From NCBI GenBank assembly GCA_029571985.1, contig JAKQVC010000160.1, forward strand, positions 36,864 through 100,863: a stretch of 64,000 bases of DNA, given 5' to 3'. The notes under the pieces are model-generated. The model did not search any database. It had not been told where the DNA came from and saw only the letters and a list, made by a program, of their open reading frames with translations. Each line of letters starts with the position of its first letter. Position 1 is the stretch's first letter. Source of the stretch: Bacteroidota bacterium. Lineage in GTDB: Bacteria; Bacteroidota; Bacteroidia; Chitinophagales; BACL12. A program made the position numbers and the translations under genes. Shown piece after piece: positions 47,982 to 57,875 of the stretch.

Positions 47982-49811
47982 ATGAACATCCAGACTATTG
48001 AAGATGTCGTAATTAAGTTCGCAGGCGATTCCGGGGATGGAATGCAGCTTACAGGCGGACAATTTACCAACAACACAGCCCTTATGGGCGCCGATTTAGC
48101 AACGTTTCCTGACTTCCCGGCGGAAATTCGGGCACCTATAGGCACTTTGCCGGGTGTGTCGGGCTTTCAGCTCCATTTCGGCAGCCGCAAAATCTTTACC
48201 CCCGGCGATCATTGCGATGTGCTGGTGGCTATGAACGTTGCGGCCTTGAAGGTAAACCTGGGCAACCTGAGAAAGGGCGCCATTGTTATCGTGAATACCG
48301 ACGGGTTCGACCAAAAAAATATGCGACTGGCTAACGCCGAAACCAATCCGTTGGAAGATGGAACGCTGGATGGCTATGTGGTGATCAAAATTGATGTGAC
48401 GAAGCTGACACGCGAAGCCTTAAGCGAAATCCAAATGGGGGTTAAGGAAAAAGACCGTTGCAAAAACATGTTTGTATTGGGCTTCCTCTACTACATGTAT
48501 AGCCGCACCCTCGATTCAACTGAGCGCTTCCTCAACAGCAAATTCAGCAAAAAACCGGATGTATTGGAGGCTAACCTCCGTGCCTTGCGCGCCGGTTATA
48601 ATTATGCCGACACAACAGAGGTTTTTGCCTCTCGTTATAAAGTAGAAGCAGCCAAACTGGAGCCGGGTACCTACCGCTCTATCATGGGAAATGAAGCAGC
48701 TGCCATGGGCTTTGTGGCCGCTAGTCAGAAATGCGGATTGCCGCTGTTTTTGGGCTCTTATCCCATTACGCCGGCATCAGATATCCTGCACTACTTGTCT
48801 TATAACAAGAATTTTGGTGTGCGGACCTTCCAGGCGGAAGATGAAATTGCTGCTATCTGCTCTTCTATTGGTGCTTCATTTGGTGGTCATTTAGCGATTA
48901 CGACTACTTCCGGCCCTGGTGTTGCACTCAAAGGTGAAGCGATGGGTTTGGCCGTGATGCTGGAAATACCATTGGTTGTGGTGAATATTCAACGTGCCGG
49001 TCCATCAACCGGTATGCCTACCAAAACTGAGCAGGCCGACTTATTACAGGCATTATACGGTCGCAACGGAGAAAGCCCGATGGTGGTGATTTCTGCAGCG
49101 CGTCCGAGCGATGCATTTGATGTGGCTTTCGAATCTTGCCGCATTGCATTGAATCATATGACCCCGGTAATGATGTTAAGCGATGGATATATTGCCAATG
49201 GCGCCGAGCCTTGGAAATTCCCGCAAAGCAAAGACCTGCCTGAAATTCCGGTAAAATTTGCTGAGCCAATTACAGATGGTTCAGTTTACAAACCATACGA
49301 TCGGGATGAGAAATTGAGCCGTCCTTGGGCGATTCCGGGAACGAAAGGACTCGAACACCGTATTGGTGGTTTGGAGAAAGCGAACATCACCGGAAATATT
49401 TCCTACGACGCAGAAAACCATGAATTCATGGTGAAACTGCGTGATGAAAAAGTAGAGCGTATTGCCGATTATATTCCACTGCAAAAAATTGAAAGCGGTC
49501 CTGAAAAAGGTAAAGTATTGGTACTCGGATGGGGATCTACTTACGGCGCTATTCAAAGTGCAGTAAACCAATTGTTAGCGGATGGATATTCTGTTGCGCA
49601 TGCACATGTGCGTTATCTGAAACCATTCCCTAAAAACCTGGGCGAAATTCTCTTCAATTATGATAAAGTAATTGTACCTGAGATTAATAATGGTCAACTG
49701 GTTAAAGTAATTCGTGATAAATACATGATACCTGCCATTCCATTTAATAAAATCAAAGGCACGCCAATTACCAGTGCAGAATTGATTGATGTAATCATGA
49801 AAAATTATTAA
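47982..49811 (+). CDS. korA: 2-oxoglutarate/2-oxoacid:ferredoxin oxidoreductase subunit alpha (fused gamma-alpha)
   Basis: 609 aa. The N-terminus VIKFAGDSGDGMQLTG is gamma-domain-like, followed by the alpha domain (GSYPITPASDI). Directly followed by the TPP-binding beta subunit. Confidence 0.9.
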   Translation: MNIQTIEDVVIKFAGDSGDGMQLTGGQFTNNTALMGADLATFPDFPAEIRAPIGTLPGVSGFQLHFGSRKIFTPGDHCDVLVAMNVAALKVNLGNLRKGAIVIVNTDGFDQKNMRLANAETNPLEDGTLDGYVVIKIDVTKLTREALSEIQMGVKEKDRCKNMFVLGFLYYMYSRTLDSTERFLNSKFSKKPDVLEANLRALRAGYNYADTTEVFASRYKVEAAKLEPGTYRSIMGNEAAAMGFVAASQKCGLPLFLGSYPITPASDILHYLSYNKNFGVRTFQAEDEIAAICSSIGASFGGHLAITTTSGPGVALKGEAMGLAVMLEIPLVVVNIQRAGPSTGMPTKTEQADLLQALYGRNGESPMVVISAARPSDAFDVAFESCRIALNHMTPVMMLSDGYIANGAEPWKFPQSKDLPEIPVKFAEPITDGSVYKPYDRDEKLSRPWAIPGTKGLEHRIGGLEKANITGNISYDAENHEFMVKLRDEKVERIADYIPLQKIESGPEKGKVLVLGWGSTYGAIQSAVNQLLADGYSVAHAHVRYLKPFPKNLGEILFNYDKVIVPEINNGQLVKVIRDKYMIPAIPFNKIKGTPITSAELIDVIMKNY

Positions 49812-49880
49812 TCCCGAGCGATTTATAACACAAGCAACATTTTGTGACTATATAATTGCATTTAAGCATAAAGAAATACA

Positions 49881-50906
49881 ATGAGCGAAGTAGCACAACA
49901 ACTTACAGCAAAAGATTTCCAAACCGACCAGGAAGTGCGTTGGTGTCCGGGATGTGGTGATTATTCCATCCTGAAACAAGTGCATACCGTTTTACCACAA
50001 TTAGGTATTGCGCGCGAAGATATTGTAGTAGTGTCCGGAATCGGCTGTAGCAGCCGTTTTCCTTACTATACCAACACGTTTGGTATGCACAGTATTCACG
50101 GTCGCGCAACAGCTATCGCTTCCGGTTTAAAAGCCGCACGTCCTGATTTAAGCGTGTGGATTGTTACCGGTGATGGAGATGGATTATCCATCGGTGGTAA
50201 TCATATGATTCACCTGTTACGCCGCAACTTTAATGTGAATGTTTTGCTGTTTAACAATGAGATTTATGGCCTTACTAAAGGACAATATTCACCAACATCT
50301 CAATTAGGTAAAGTAACGAAATCTACACCTATGGGTTCTGTAGATCATCCGTTTAATCCTGCTGCTTTAGCATTGGGTGCGGATGCTACTTTTGTTGCCC
50401 GTAGTATGGATCGTGATCCTGCACATTTGCAGGAAGTACTCATTCGCGCAAATCAACATAAAGGAACTTCTTTCACAGAAATTTATCAGAACTGTAATAT
50501 CTTCAATGATGGCGCATTTGAAGTATTTACAGAAAAAGCTTCCAAGAAAGAGAATGACTTATTTGTAAAAAATGGTCAGCCGTTAGTATTTGGCGAATCA
50601 GATAATAAGGGTATCAAATTGGATGGCTTTACACCAATTGTGGTCGACTTAAACGATGGCCACTCTAAAGATGATTTATGGATACACAACGAAAATGATA
50701 TCTATAAGGCACAAATTCTGGTGCGCATTTTCGATGACCCAACTGTTGAAGGCCATATGCCAAGACCATTCGGGGTATTCTATGAAAATCCGAACAGGGC
50801 TACATACGAAGACTTAATGACCGCTCAGTTAGATGCCGCAAAAGCTAAGGGTGAAGGAAACCTGGATAAGCTGCTGCGTGGTAACGAAACCTGGGAGATT
50901 AAATAA
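49881..50906 (+). CDS. korB: 2-oxoglutarate/2-oxoacid:ferredoxin oxidoreductase subunit beta
   Basis: RWCPGCGDYSIL and the TPP motif GDGDGLSIGGNH...NNEIYGLTKGQ. Confidence 0.9.
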   Translation: MSEVAQQLTAKDFQTDQEVRWCPGCGDYSILKQVHTVLPQLGIAREDIVVVSGIGCSSRFPYYTNTFGMHSIHGRATAIASGLKAARPDLSVWIVTGDGDGLSIGGNHMIHLLRRNFNVNVLLFNNEIYGLTKGQYSPTSQLGKVTKSTPMGSVDHPFNPAALALGADATFVARSMDRDPAHLQEVLIRANQHKGTSFTEIYQNCNIFNDGAFEVFTEKASKKENDLFVKNGQPLVFGESDNKGIKLDGFTPIVVDLNDGHSKDDLWIHNENDIYKAQILVRIFDDPTVEGHMPRPFGVFYENPNRATYEDLMTAQLDAAKAKGEGNLDKLLRGNETWEIK

Positions 50907-50927
50907 TCGGTATTTGAATACTATTTG

Positions 50928-50955
50928 AAGACGCCCCTTGTGGCGTCTTTTTTTA
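50928..50955 (+). terminator. rho-independent terminator of korAB
   Basis: aagacgcc / ggcgtctt stem with a 6-nt loop, followed by a T-run (tttttttt). Confidence 0.7.
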
Positions 50956-51185
50956 TGTATACCGGCTGAATCTCCTGCTGGCAAAGGCTTTGCGCAACCT
51001 GGACAGGTCGTTTGCCAGGGTAGGAAGCCCCAAAACCTGTCAGGTTAACCTGTTTGACGTATGTCTTTTCGGTGTCATAAAACGCACGGAAATGTAATGG
51101 GTTGAAGGTTTTATCTATATATAATTTCAATCCTTTTCTTACCTTTATTATCCCTAAGGCATATTAGGAGCAATAAACCCGTATT

Positions 51186-53255
51186 ATGAAAAAGCTTTTA
51201 CTCTCTTTAATGATGGCTGCACCTGTATTGGTGTGGAGTCAGTGTACTACAACAAATGCCACGTCATGCGTGTGTTTAGACGGCAGTTCTGAATGTGATT
51301 TATTACCAGACATTACCGCTTCTTATGATTTATTAGAAGAAGCAGATGAAACGGTAGAAACACCCGGCGAATTGCGACTTTCTGTTGGAACGCCCAATAT
51401 TGGACACGGACCACTGCGCGTAACCGCTACAGATTACTTTGTTTGTGGTGGCGATACGATTTACAGTCCGGGCGGATTAGCCGTTTGTCCTGATGGAACT
51501 TCCCCTCGTCAGATTATTAACCAGCGCATCTATCATAAAAATGGTTCTGAAATGACCTGGTATGAAGTTGCAGCCGGTACAATGACTTACCATCCTGACC
51601 ATGGTCACTTTCATACAGATAACTGGGGTGTTTATACTTTGCGCAAGCCTATCGATGGCGTAACCGATCCAACCGAATGGACAATTGTTGGTTACGGAAC
51701 AAAAATGGGTTTCTGTTTGATGGATTTAGCAAACTGTGCTTCACCATCTAATTATGGCTATTGCCGTGAAGATGACGGCACTGTTGTTACCAATGATATT
51801 GATAATTATGGCTTAGGTGGCGGTGGATATAACTGCGTAGTAACCAACCAGGGTATTTCTGTTGGATACCTCGATATTTACGATTACTATTTAGATGGTA
51901 TGTCAATTACCATTCCGGAAGGCGTTTGTAATGGTGATTATTATATCGTTGCTGAAATCGATCCATTTAATAATTATCTGGAAGAAAGCGATAACAATAA
52001 CGTAATTGCCGTTCCTATTACCCTGACTGACCAGCCTGAAACAATTGAGTCTGTTTCTGTTGCACATTCAGCCGGTGCATTTTTAGGTGGTGATGTTTTG
52101 AAGATATGTGCTTCTGAGGTTGTTGAGTTAAGTGTTCCTCCAATTGGAACATCTTATTTATGGTCAAACGGAGCAATTTCAAATACAATTACCATTACAG
52201 AATCTGGCACTTATTCTTGCTTTATTACTCGCGAATGTGGTGATGTATACAGCGATACCATTGTAGTTGAAATGATTTCATCTGAGGTTCCGGTTATTAC
52301 TCCTGCACCTGTTGTTTGTATTGGTGAATCAACCACACTTACAGCAACCGGCGATGGTATTATCAATTGGTACACCGCTGAAGTTGGCGGAACCTATTTA
52401 GGTTCAGGTGAAACTTTAGAAACCGGTGAGTTGTTTGAGAACACTATGTTCTATGCAGATAATGAAACACAAATCTTATCTCCGATAGATGGAAATGTTG
52501 GTCAGGTTAACCACGCGGGCTCTGATTACAGCACAGGTACTCCATACAATGGTTATGAAGTGTTTGATGCTATCGAAGATTTAACCTTGAACAGTGTAAA
52601 AGTATATACAGATTATCCAGGTGAACGTGAAATTGAATTGCGTGATGCCAGCGGTGCTTTGGTTACATCAGCTGTAGTAAATATTCCAAGCGGAACAACC
52701 GTTATTGATTTAGGTTTCGATGTACCAGCAGGTTCGAATTATCGCCTCGGTACCAGCGATTCAAAAAATACAGATGTATTTGGTGATATCAGCCCAAGAT
52801 TAAAGCGCAGCTCATCAGGAACTGAGTATCCTTATACGATTGATGGATTAATCAGCATCACAAACTCCAGTTTTGATGAAACACGTTGGTATTATTTCTA
52901 TGATTGGAGTGTGAGTGGAGATGCGGTTTTTGTGTGTCCGAGCGATCGTACAGGAACTGAAGTGGAAGTTAAAGTGTGCAGTAGTATTGGCGACATATCT
53001 ACTTTAAATAGCCTTGATATCTATCCAAACCCAACTAACGGACAGTTTACGGTTAATCTGAATACATTGCCGGTAAGCGAAATGCAAATAACTGTTTGTA
53101 ATGTAACGGGTGCGCAGGTGTACAGCACAATTCTGCAAAATCCGAACGGCAGCGTTCAATTACCTGTAGATATCAGTGGCGTTGCTTCTGGTGTGTATCA
53201 GGTTAAACTTACTGCCAATGGCAAATCTATCAGCCGCAGTATTGTTGTTGAATAA
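51186..53255 (+). CDS. T9SS-secreted protein with an N-terminal lysyl-oxidase-like (copper amine oxidase, LTQ-type) domain
   Basis: Signal peptide. YHPDHGHFH (nt 51591 onward) aligns with the LOX copper site WHSCHQHYH. GTKMGFCLMD aligns with GHKASFCLED (LTQ Lys). NCVVTNQGISVGYLDIYDYYLDGMSITIPEGVCNGDYYIVAEIDPFNNYLEESDNNNV aligns with [57 protein letters not shown]. Ig-like middle region and a C-terminal YPNPTNGQFTVNL...GVYQVKL...SIVVE sorting domain. Confidence 0.7.
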   Translation: MKKLLLSLMMAAPVLVWSQCTTTNATSCVCLDGSSECDLLPDITASYDLLEEADETVETPGELRLSVGTPNIGHGPLRVTATDYFVCGGDTIYSPGGLAVCPDGTSPRQIINQRIYHKNGSEMTWYEVAAGTMTYHPDHGHFHTDNWGVYTLRKPIDGVTDPTEWTIVGYGTKMGFCLMDLANCASPSNYGYCREDDGTVVTNDIDNYGLGGGGYNCVVTNQGISVGYLDIYDYYLDGMSITIPEGVCNGDYYIVAEIDPFNNYLEESDNNNVIAVPITLTDQPETIESVSVAHSAGAFLGGDVLKICASEVVELSVPPIGTSYLWSNGAISNTITITESGTYSCFITRECGDVYSDTIVVEMISSEVPVITPAPVVCIGESTTLTATGDGIINWYTAEVGGTYLGSGETLETGELFENTMFYADNETQILSPIDGNVGQVNHAGSDYSTGTPYNGYEVFDAIEDLTLNSVKVYTDYPGEREIELRDASGALVTSAVVNIPSGTTVIDLGFDVPAGSNYRLGTSDSKNTDVFGDISPRLKRSSSGTEYPYTIDGLISITNSSFDETRWYYFYDWSVSGDAVFVCPSDRTGTEVEVKVCSSIGDISTLNSLDIYPNPTNGQFTVNLNTLPVSEMQITVCNVTGAQVYSTILQNPNGSVQLPVDISGVASGVYQVKLTANGKSISRSIVVE

Positions 53256-53278
53256 ATAAAATTGAAATAATAATTATG

Positions 53279-53308
53279 GCCTGTCATGTATATGACAGGC
53301 TTTTTTTT
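53279..53308 (+). terminator. rho-independent terminator
   Basis: gcctgtcat / atgacaggc stem with a 4-nt loop, followed by 8 T. Confidence 0.7.
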
Positions 53309-53392
53309 GCCTGTAACAAAAACAATTAGGGTTGATTACCCTTGCGTTTCCATTTGTTGGTATTCAAGTTGATTTTGCTGTGTAGATAGTCA

Positions 53393-53430
53393 TAAAAAAA
53401 AGAGGCTGCTCCTCAGTGAAGCAACCTCTT
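53393..53430 (-). terminator. rho-independent terminator of the 53454-54239 gene
   Basis: On the minus strand, an agaggttgc / gcagcctct stem (one G-U pair) is followed by 8 U. Confidence 0.55.
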
Positions 53431-53453
53431 TTAGAGTAGTGTTCGTTCAGCTA

Positions 53454-54239
53454 TTAAAACATATAACCAAGGCAAATGCCCATGAAACGTATTCCATAAA
53501 ATGCACCTTTTAATTCAGCATCAACATCACCCAGTCCGGTGGCAGGATTGTCTGTTACGGTTGCGTCAACATTCCAACCTGGAATACTGTTTCCAATATC
53601 TTCTATATCCTGCTCTAATTTAATTTTATCATTATCATCTACCGGGCGATTGTCATCTCCATAAGAGCTGCCACTTAAGTAACCGACATATGGTCCGGCA
53701 ATCCACCAGTCGAGGGCGAAATTTTTACCAAGATTCCATTGAACGCCAATCATACCGCCCGCACCAATGCCTGTAAACGTGGTGGTAATAAATGGATTAT
53801 GTTCACCATCGCTTAAATTAAACGAATAGGTGCCTTCGTGCTGCATATGCATATAGCGGATGAAAGTACTGCCATACACACCAAATGGTGCACCTTTAAT
53901 TTCCTGATAAAAACGGTATTCAGCCGTCACATTCACAGTATTAAAAATAGTTGAGTTAATGGCAGATTCGGCCTGTGCATTTCCTTCAAAAAGATTTAGT
54001 AAGGCACTTTTAAACGGCAATGGTTGATTGGGCGCATAGCCAAATGCTAAACCCACCGATTGCTTTCTGTTTAATACCCGCTCATACGCCATGGTGTAAT
54101 TGCCAAAGCCGGCTGCAGATAAGTTGAACTTTACAATGTTCATTTTTGGAGTGGCCAAAGGTGTGGTTACACCCTCTGTTTGTGCAAATGTACTTACTCC
54201 TGCAATGCATGCGATAATACCAAGAAGTATTTTTTTCAT
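53454..54239 (-). CDS. outer-membrane beta-barrel protein (function unknown)
   Basis: Signal peptide MKKILLGIIACIAGVSTFAQ, alternating strands, and a terminal ...CLGYMF. Confidence 0.6.
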   Translation of the reverse strand: MKKILLGIIACIAGVSTFAQTEGVTTPLATPKMNIVKFNLSAAGFGNYTMAYERVLNRKQSVGLAFGYAPNQPLPFKSALLNLFEGNAQAESAINSTIFNTVNVTAEYRFYQEIKGAPFGVYGSTFIRYMHMQHEGTYSFNLSDGEHNPFITTTFTGIGAGGMIGVQWNLGKNFALDWWIAGPYVGYLSGSSYGDDNRPVDDNDKIKLEQDIEDIGNSIPGWNVDATVTDNPATGLGDVDAELKGAFYGIRFMGICLGYMF

Positions 54240-54298
54240 GATGATTGACTTTTATGCAAGTTAAACAATTTCGGTTAGTATGAATAAAGTTGTAAGGT

Positions 54299-54844
54299 TT
54301 AGTTGGTTGAACTAAGCTTTCCTTCGCAATAAGCCTGCAACAGTTTTAAGGCGATTTCCATATCCTTTCCCATCATTTTGGGTAGCATACGTCCGAGGAT
54401 CTTCGCGAAACCGCCTCGTTTGGTTAATCCGCTTACCGTCCATTTAACTGCATAATGCTCTTCTTTTATTTCTTCCAGCGTAAAGGTGAATTCCATTTTA
54501 AATAAACCTTTATTAAAGGCAGATTGTATGTGTATTTCCCGATAAGGGTCAGTAGCAGATATTTCCATTTTTCCGGCACCCATTTTTTTACCTTTCCATT
54601 CCATCCAACTTTCCTTTCCTTGGGTTTCATCACTGTAGGTTAATACAATAGTCGGGTCTCTTTCCGGACTCCATTGGCTCCATATTTTCCAGGTGCTCAG
54701 GTTGTCGATGGTATTAAAAATATGTTTCTTATCCGCTTTTATCACGATTGTTTTATGGAAACGGTACGCACGCGGTATAAATATGCCAACAACAATAATG
54801 CACGCAAATAATCCGGCTATGACGATGAGTATATTGGTAATCAT
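54299..54844 (-). CDS. SRPBCC (START/polyketide-cyclase-like) family protein with an N-terminal TM anchor
   Basis: TM helix, then ...FNTIDNLSTWKIWSQWSP..., a pattern typical of the widespread Bacteroidota SRPBCC family. Confidence 0.65.
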   Translation of the reverse strand: MITNILIVIAGLFACIIVVGIFIPRAYRFHKTIVIKADKKHIFNTIDNLSTWKIWSQWSPERDPTIVLTYSDETQGKESWMEWKGKKMGAGKMEISATDPYREIHIQSAFNKGLFKMEFTFTLEEIKEEHYAVKWTVSGLTKRGGFAKILGRMLPKMMGKDMEIALKLLQAYCEGKLSSTN

Positions 54845-54873
54845 AAAGTATAAAAATCTGTATTACAGGTATC

Positions 54874-57702
54874 TTATTTTAATTTAGGCACCAGATACCT
54901 GCCGGTATAACTGTTTTTTTCTTTCTCAATGCCTTCCGGCGGTCCGGCATATAATAAATAGCCGCCTTTTTCGCCGCCTTCTGGTCCGAGGTCGATTAAA
55001 TAATCAGCGCATTTGATTACTTCAAGGTTGTGTTCAATCACCAGCACGGAATGTCCGATTTCAATCAGCGCATTAAACGCATCCATTAATTTATGGATAT
55101 CGTGAAAATGCAATCCGGTTGTTGGTTCATCGAAAATAAATAGGATATGCTCACGGCCTTTTCCTTTTCCCAGAAAACTGGCAAGTTTTACGCGTTGTGC
55201 TTCTCCGCCTGAAAGGGTGCTGCTGCTTTGGCCAAGTTTGATATACCCGAGACCAACATCGTAAAGCGGTTGCAGTTTTTGTACGATATCTTTTTCGTCC
55301 TGCAAGAAATGAATGGCTTCTTCAACACTCAGGGCAAGTAATTCGGAAATGTTTTTTCCCTTGTATTGCACTTCCAGAATTTCATCTTTAAACCTGTGCC
55401 CATTGCAATCTTCACACACCAGATGTACGTCAGCCAGAAATTGCATCTCAACAACAATTTCGCCTTCACCTTTGCAGGTTTCACAACGCCCGCCATCAAC
55501 ATTGAAGCTAAAGAATCCGGATTTATAACCACGCATTTTCGACAGTGGCTGATTGGCATACAATTCGCGAATTTCATCATATGCTTTCACATAAGTAACC
55601 GGATTGCTGCGCGATGATTTTCCGATGGGATCCTGATCTACTAATTCTACTTGTGTTATGCTGCGGACATCTCCTTCAATGGTTTTAGAAATAAATGCTG
55701 TATCGCTGCTGTCGTCCAGCATTTTAACCAGTTCGGGATAAAGGATGTGTTTTATCAAAGTTGTTTTCCCGCTGCCACTCACACCTGAAACTGCCACGAG
55801 ATTATTTAGCGGAATGGTTACATCAATATGTTTCAGATTATGCATAGACGCACCGTTTACCTGAATTTTCCTATAACTTTTCCGACGCGTTCGTGGAAGG
55901 GCAATTTGCTTTGTGGCATTCAGATAATTACCGGTCAGGCTTTTCGGGTCGTCGATGATTTCCTGAATATTACCTTCACTTACAACCTTGCCACCATGTA
56001 TCCCGGCAGCAGGTCCGATATCAATAATGTGATCTGCATTGCGAATAACTTCTTCTTCATGCTCAACAACAACAACCGTATTCCCTAAATTGCGCAAGCG
56101 CTTGAGTACAGTTACCAGTCTCTCTGTATCTCTTGGATGTAAACCTACACTTGGTTCATCCAAAATATATAATGAAGAGGTCAGGTTACTACCTAAGGTG
56201 CGGGTTAAATTAATGCGTTGTGTTTCACCACCGCTGAGCGTATTACTTCTTCGGTTAAGTGTGAGATAGCCTAATCCGAGATCAAGCATATAAGTAATAC
56301 GACTTCTAATTTCCAATAGAATACGCGCCGCAACTTTTGTTTCAAAAGCATTAAGCTGTATGCTATTGATATATAATTCCAGATCCTCAATTTGCATGTC
56401 CACTAATTCGGCAATGGATTGGTCATTTATTTTTACATATTGTGCATCCTGACGTATACGACTTCCATGACATTCGGGACAAGTAGTTTTTCCGCGATAG
56501 CGAGCCAGCATTACGCGGTATTGTATTTTATATGCATTTTCTTCCAGCATTTTAAAGAACTGGTCAAGTCCCCAAAAATGCTCGTTGCCTGTCCACAGTA
56601 ATTGATATTGTTCTTTTGTAAGTTGTTTAACCGGTTTATGAATTGGAAAATGAAATTTGCCGGCCACTTTAATCAGGTCTTCCTGCCACGCTTTCATTTT
56701 TTCTCCTTTCCAGCAGGCAACAGCGCCCTGATATACGGACAGTGATGTATCCGGAAAAACTAAATCCTGATCAATGCCAATTACAGTTCCAAAACCTTCG
56801 CAGCGTTTGCAGGCACCGTACGGATTATTTTGATTAAAAAAATGTGGAGAGGGTATTTCAAATATAATACCGTCGGCTTCAAAATTGTGACTAAAACTTC
56901 TGTCGTCCTGCACATCCGAGCGCACCAGACATTGTCCGTTGCCTTCAGAAAAAGCAATATCTACAGAATCGGCAATGCGCTGTCGTGTTTCTTCATCAAC
57001 CTCAGGCACTTCTGTTGTACCATCTGTTGTTTTTTGCATAACGATACGATCAATCAGCAACCATATCGGTGTTTTTGGGGAGATGGATTTGGGGTTTTCC
57101 AGCACATCATCAATTTTCACTACCCCGGTATCTGTATAAAAACGTGTAAATCCTTTTTGCTGATAGATGCGGGCCAGCTCCTCGGGTTTTCTTTTCTGAT
57201 CGCCGGAAAGGGGCACCAGTAGGAACACCTTGGCATTTCCGGGGAGGCTACATATGTAATCAACCACATCGTTCACCTCATCTTTTTTTACCTCCCGGCC
57301 AGAAACGGGGCTATAGGTGCGGCCAATTCGAGCAAACAGCAGGCGGAGGTAGTCGTAAATTTCTGTCAGGGTGCCAACCGTGCTTCGGGTGGTGCGTGTT
57401 GTTACCTTTTGATCGAGCGCTATGGCGGGGGCAATACCTTTGATATAATCGACATCCGGCTTATCTAAACGATTCATAAACTGCCTGGCATAGGCACTGA
57501 GGCTTTCGACATAGCGGCGCTGACCTTCGGCATACAGGGTGTCGAATGTCAGGCTTGATTTGCCCGATCCACTTACGCCGGTAACCACTACAAGCCGGTT
57601 GCGGGGAATGGCCACATCGATATTTTTTAGGTTATGTTCGCGGGCCCCTTTTATAAATATGGCGTCAGTATGACCGTTCTGATGGTTTTTTTTTGCTTTC
57701 AA
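54874..57702 (-). CDS. uvrA: excinuclease ABC subunit A
   Basis: 942 aa. Two ABC modules (GVSGSGKSSL, GVSGSGKTTL; LSGGETQR, LSGGEAQR) and zinc-finger cysteines (CKRCEGFG, CPECHG, CETCKGEG, CEDCNG). Confidence 0.97.
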   Translation of the reverse strand: MKAKKNHQNGHTDAIFIKGAREHNLKNIDVAIPRNRLVVVTGVSGSGKSSLTFDTLYAEGQRRYVESLSAYARQFMNRLDKPDVDYIKGIAPAIALDQKVTTRTTRSTVGTLTEIYDYLRLLFARIGRTYSPVSGREVKKDEVNDVVDYICSLPGNAKVFLLVPLSGDQKRKPEELARIYQQKGFTRFYTDTGVVKIDDVLENPKSISPKTPIWLLIDRIVMQKTTDGTTEVPEVDEETRQRIADSVDIAFSEGNGQCLVRSDVQDDRSFSHNFEADGIIFEIPSPHFFNQNNPYGACKRCEGFGTVIGIDQDLVFPDTSLSVYQGAVACWKGEKMKAWQEDLIKVAGKFHFPIHKPVKQLTKEQYQLLWTGNEHFWGLDQFFKMLEENAYKIQYRVMLARYRGKTTCPECHGSRIRQDAQYVKINDQSIAELVDMQIEDLELYINSIQLNAFETKVAARILLEIRSRITYMLDLGLGYLTLNRRSNTLSGGETQRINLTRTLGSNLTSSLYILDEPSVGLHPRDTERLVTVLKRLRNLGNTVVVVEHEEEVIRNADHIIDIGPAAGIHGGKVVSEGNIQEIIDDPKSLTGNYLNATKQIALPRTRRKSYRKIQVNGASMHNLKHIDVTIPLNNLVAVSGVSGSGKTTLIKHILYPELVKMLDDSSDTAFISKTIEGDVRSITQVELVDQDPIGKSSRSNPVTYVKAYDEIRELYANQPLSKMRGYKSGFFSFNVDGGRCETCKGEGEIVVEMQFLADVHLVCEDCNGHRFKDEILEVQYKGKNISELLALSVEEAIHFLQDEKDIVQKLQPLYDVGLGYIKLGQSSSTLSGGEAQRVKLASFLGKGKGREHILFIFDEPTTGLHFHDIHKLMDAFNALIEIGHSVLVIEHNLEVIKCADYLIDLGPEGGEKGGYLLYAGPPEGIEKEKNSYTGRYLVPKLK

Positions 57703-57755
57703 TGCGCTTTTCTTGAAACTTTTTTAACAAAATGACGTAAAAATTAACCAAACCG

Positions 57756-57786
57756 TTTGCAAATTTCAGAATCCTCTGTATATTTG
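57756..57786 (+). promoter_or_regulatory. candidate Bacteroidota promoter (-33 TTTG, -7 TATATTTG) of the ECF sigma gene
   Basis: TTTG at 57756-57759 and TAnnTTTG at 57779-57786, with 19-bp spacing, ~90 nt upstream of the ATG at 57876. Confidence 0.4.
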
Positions 57787-57875
57787 TCTACAATAACTCA
57801 CCAAAACTACTGCCTATCAGGTTCAACTTTACGCGAAACGAATAGTATTTTTTTATTCACGCACAACCTAATAGT

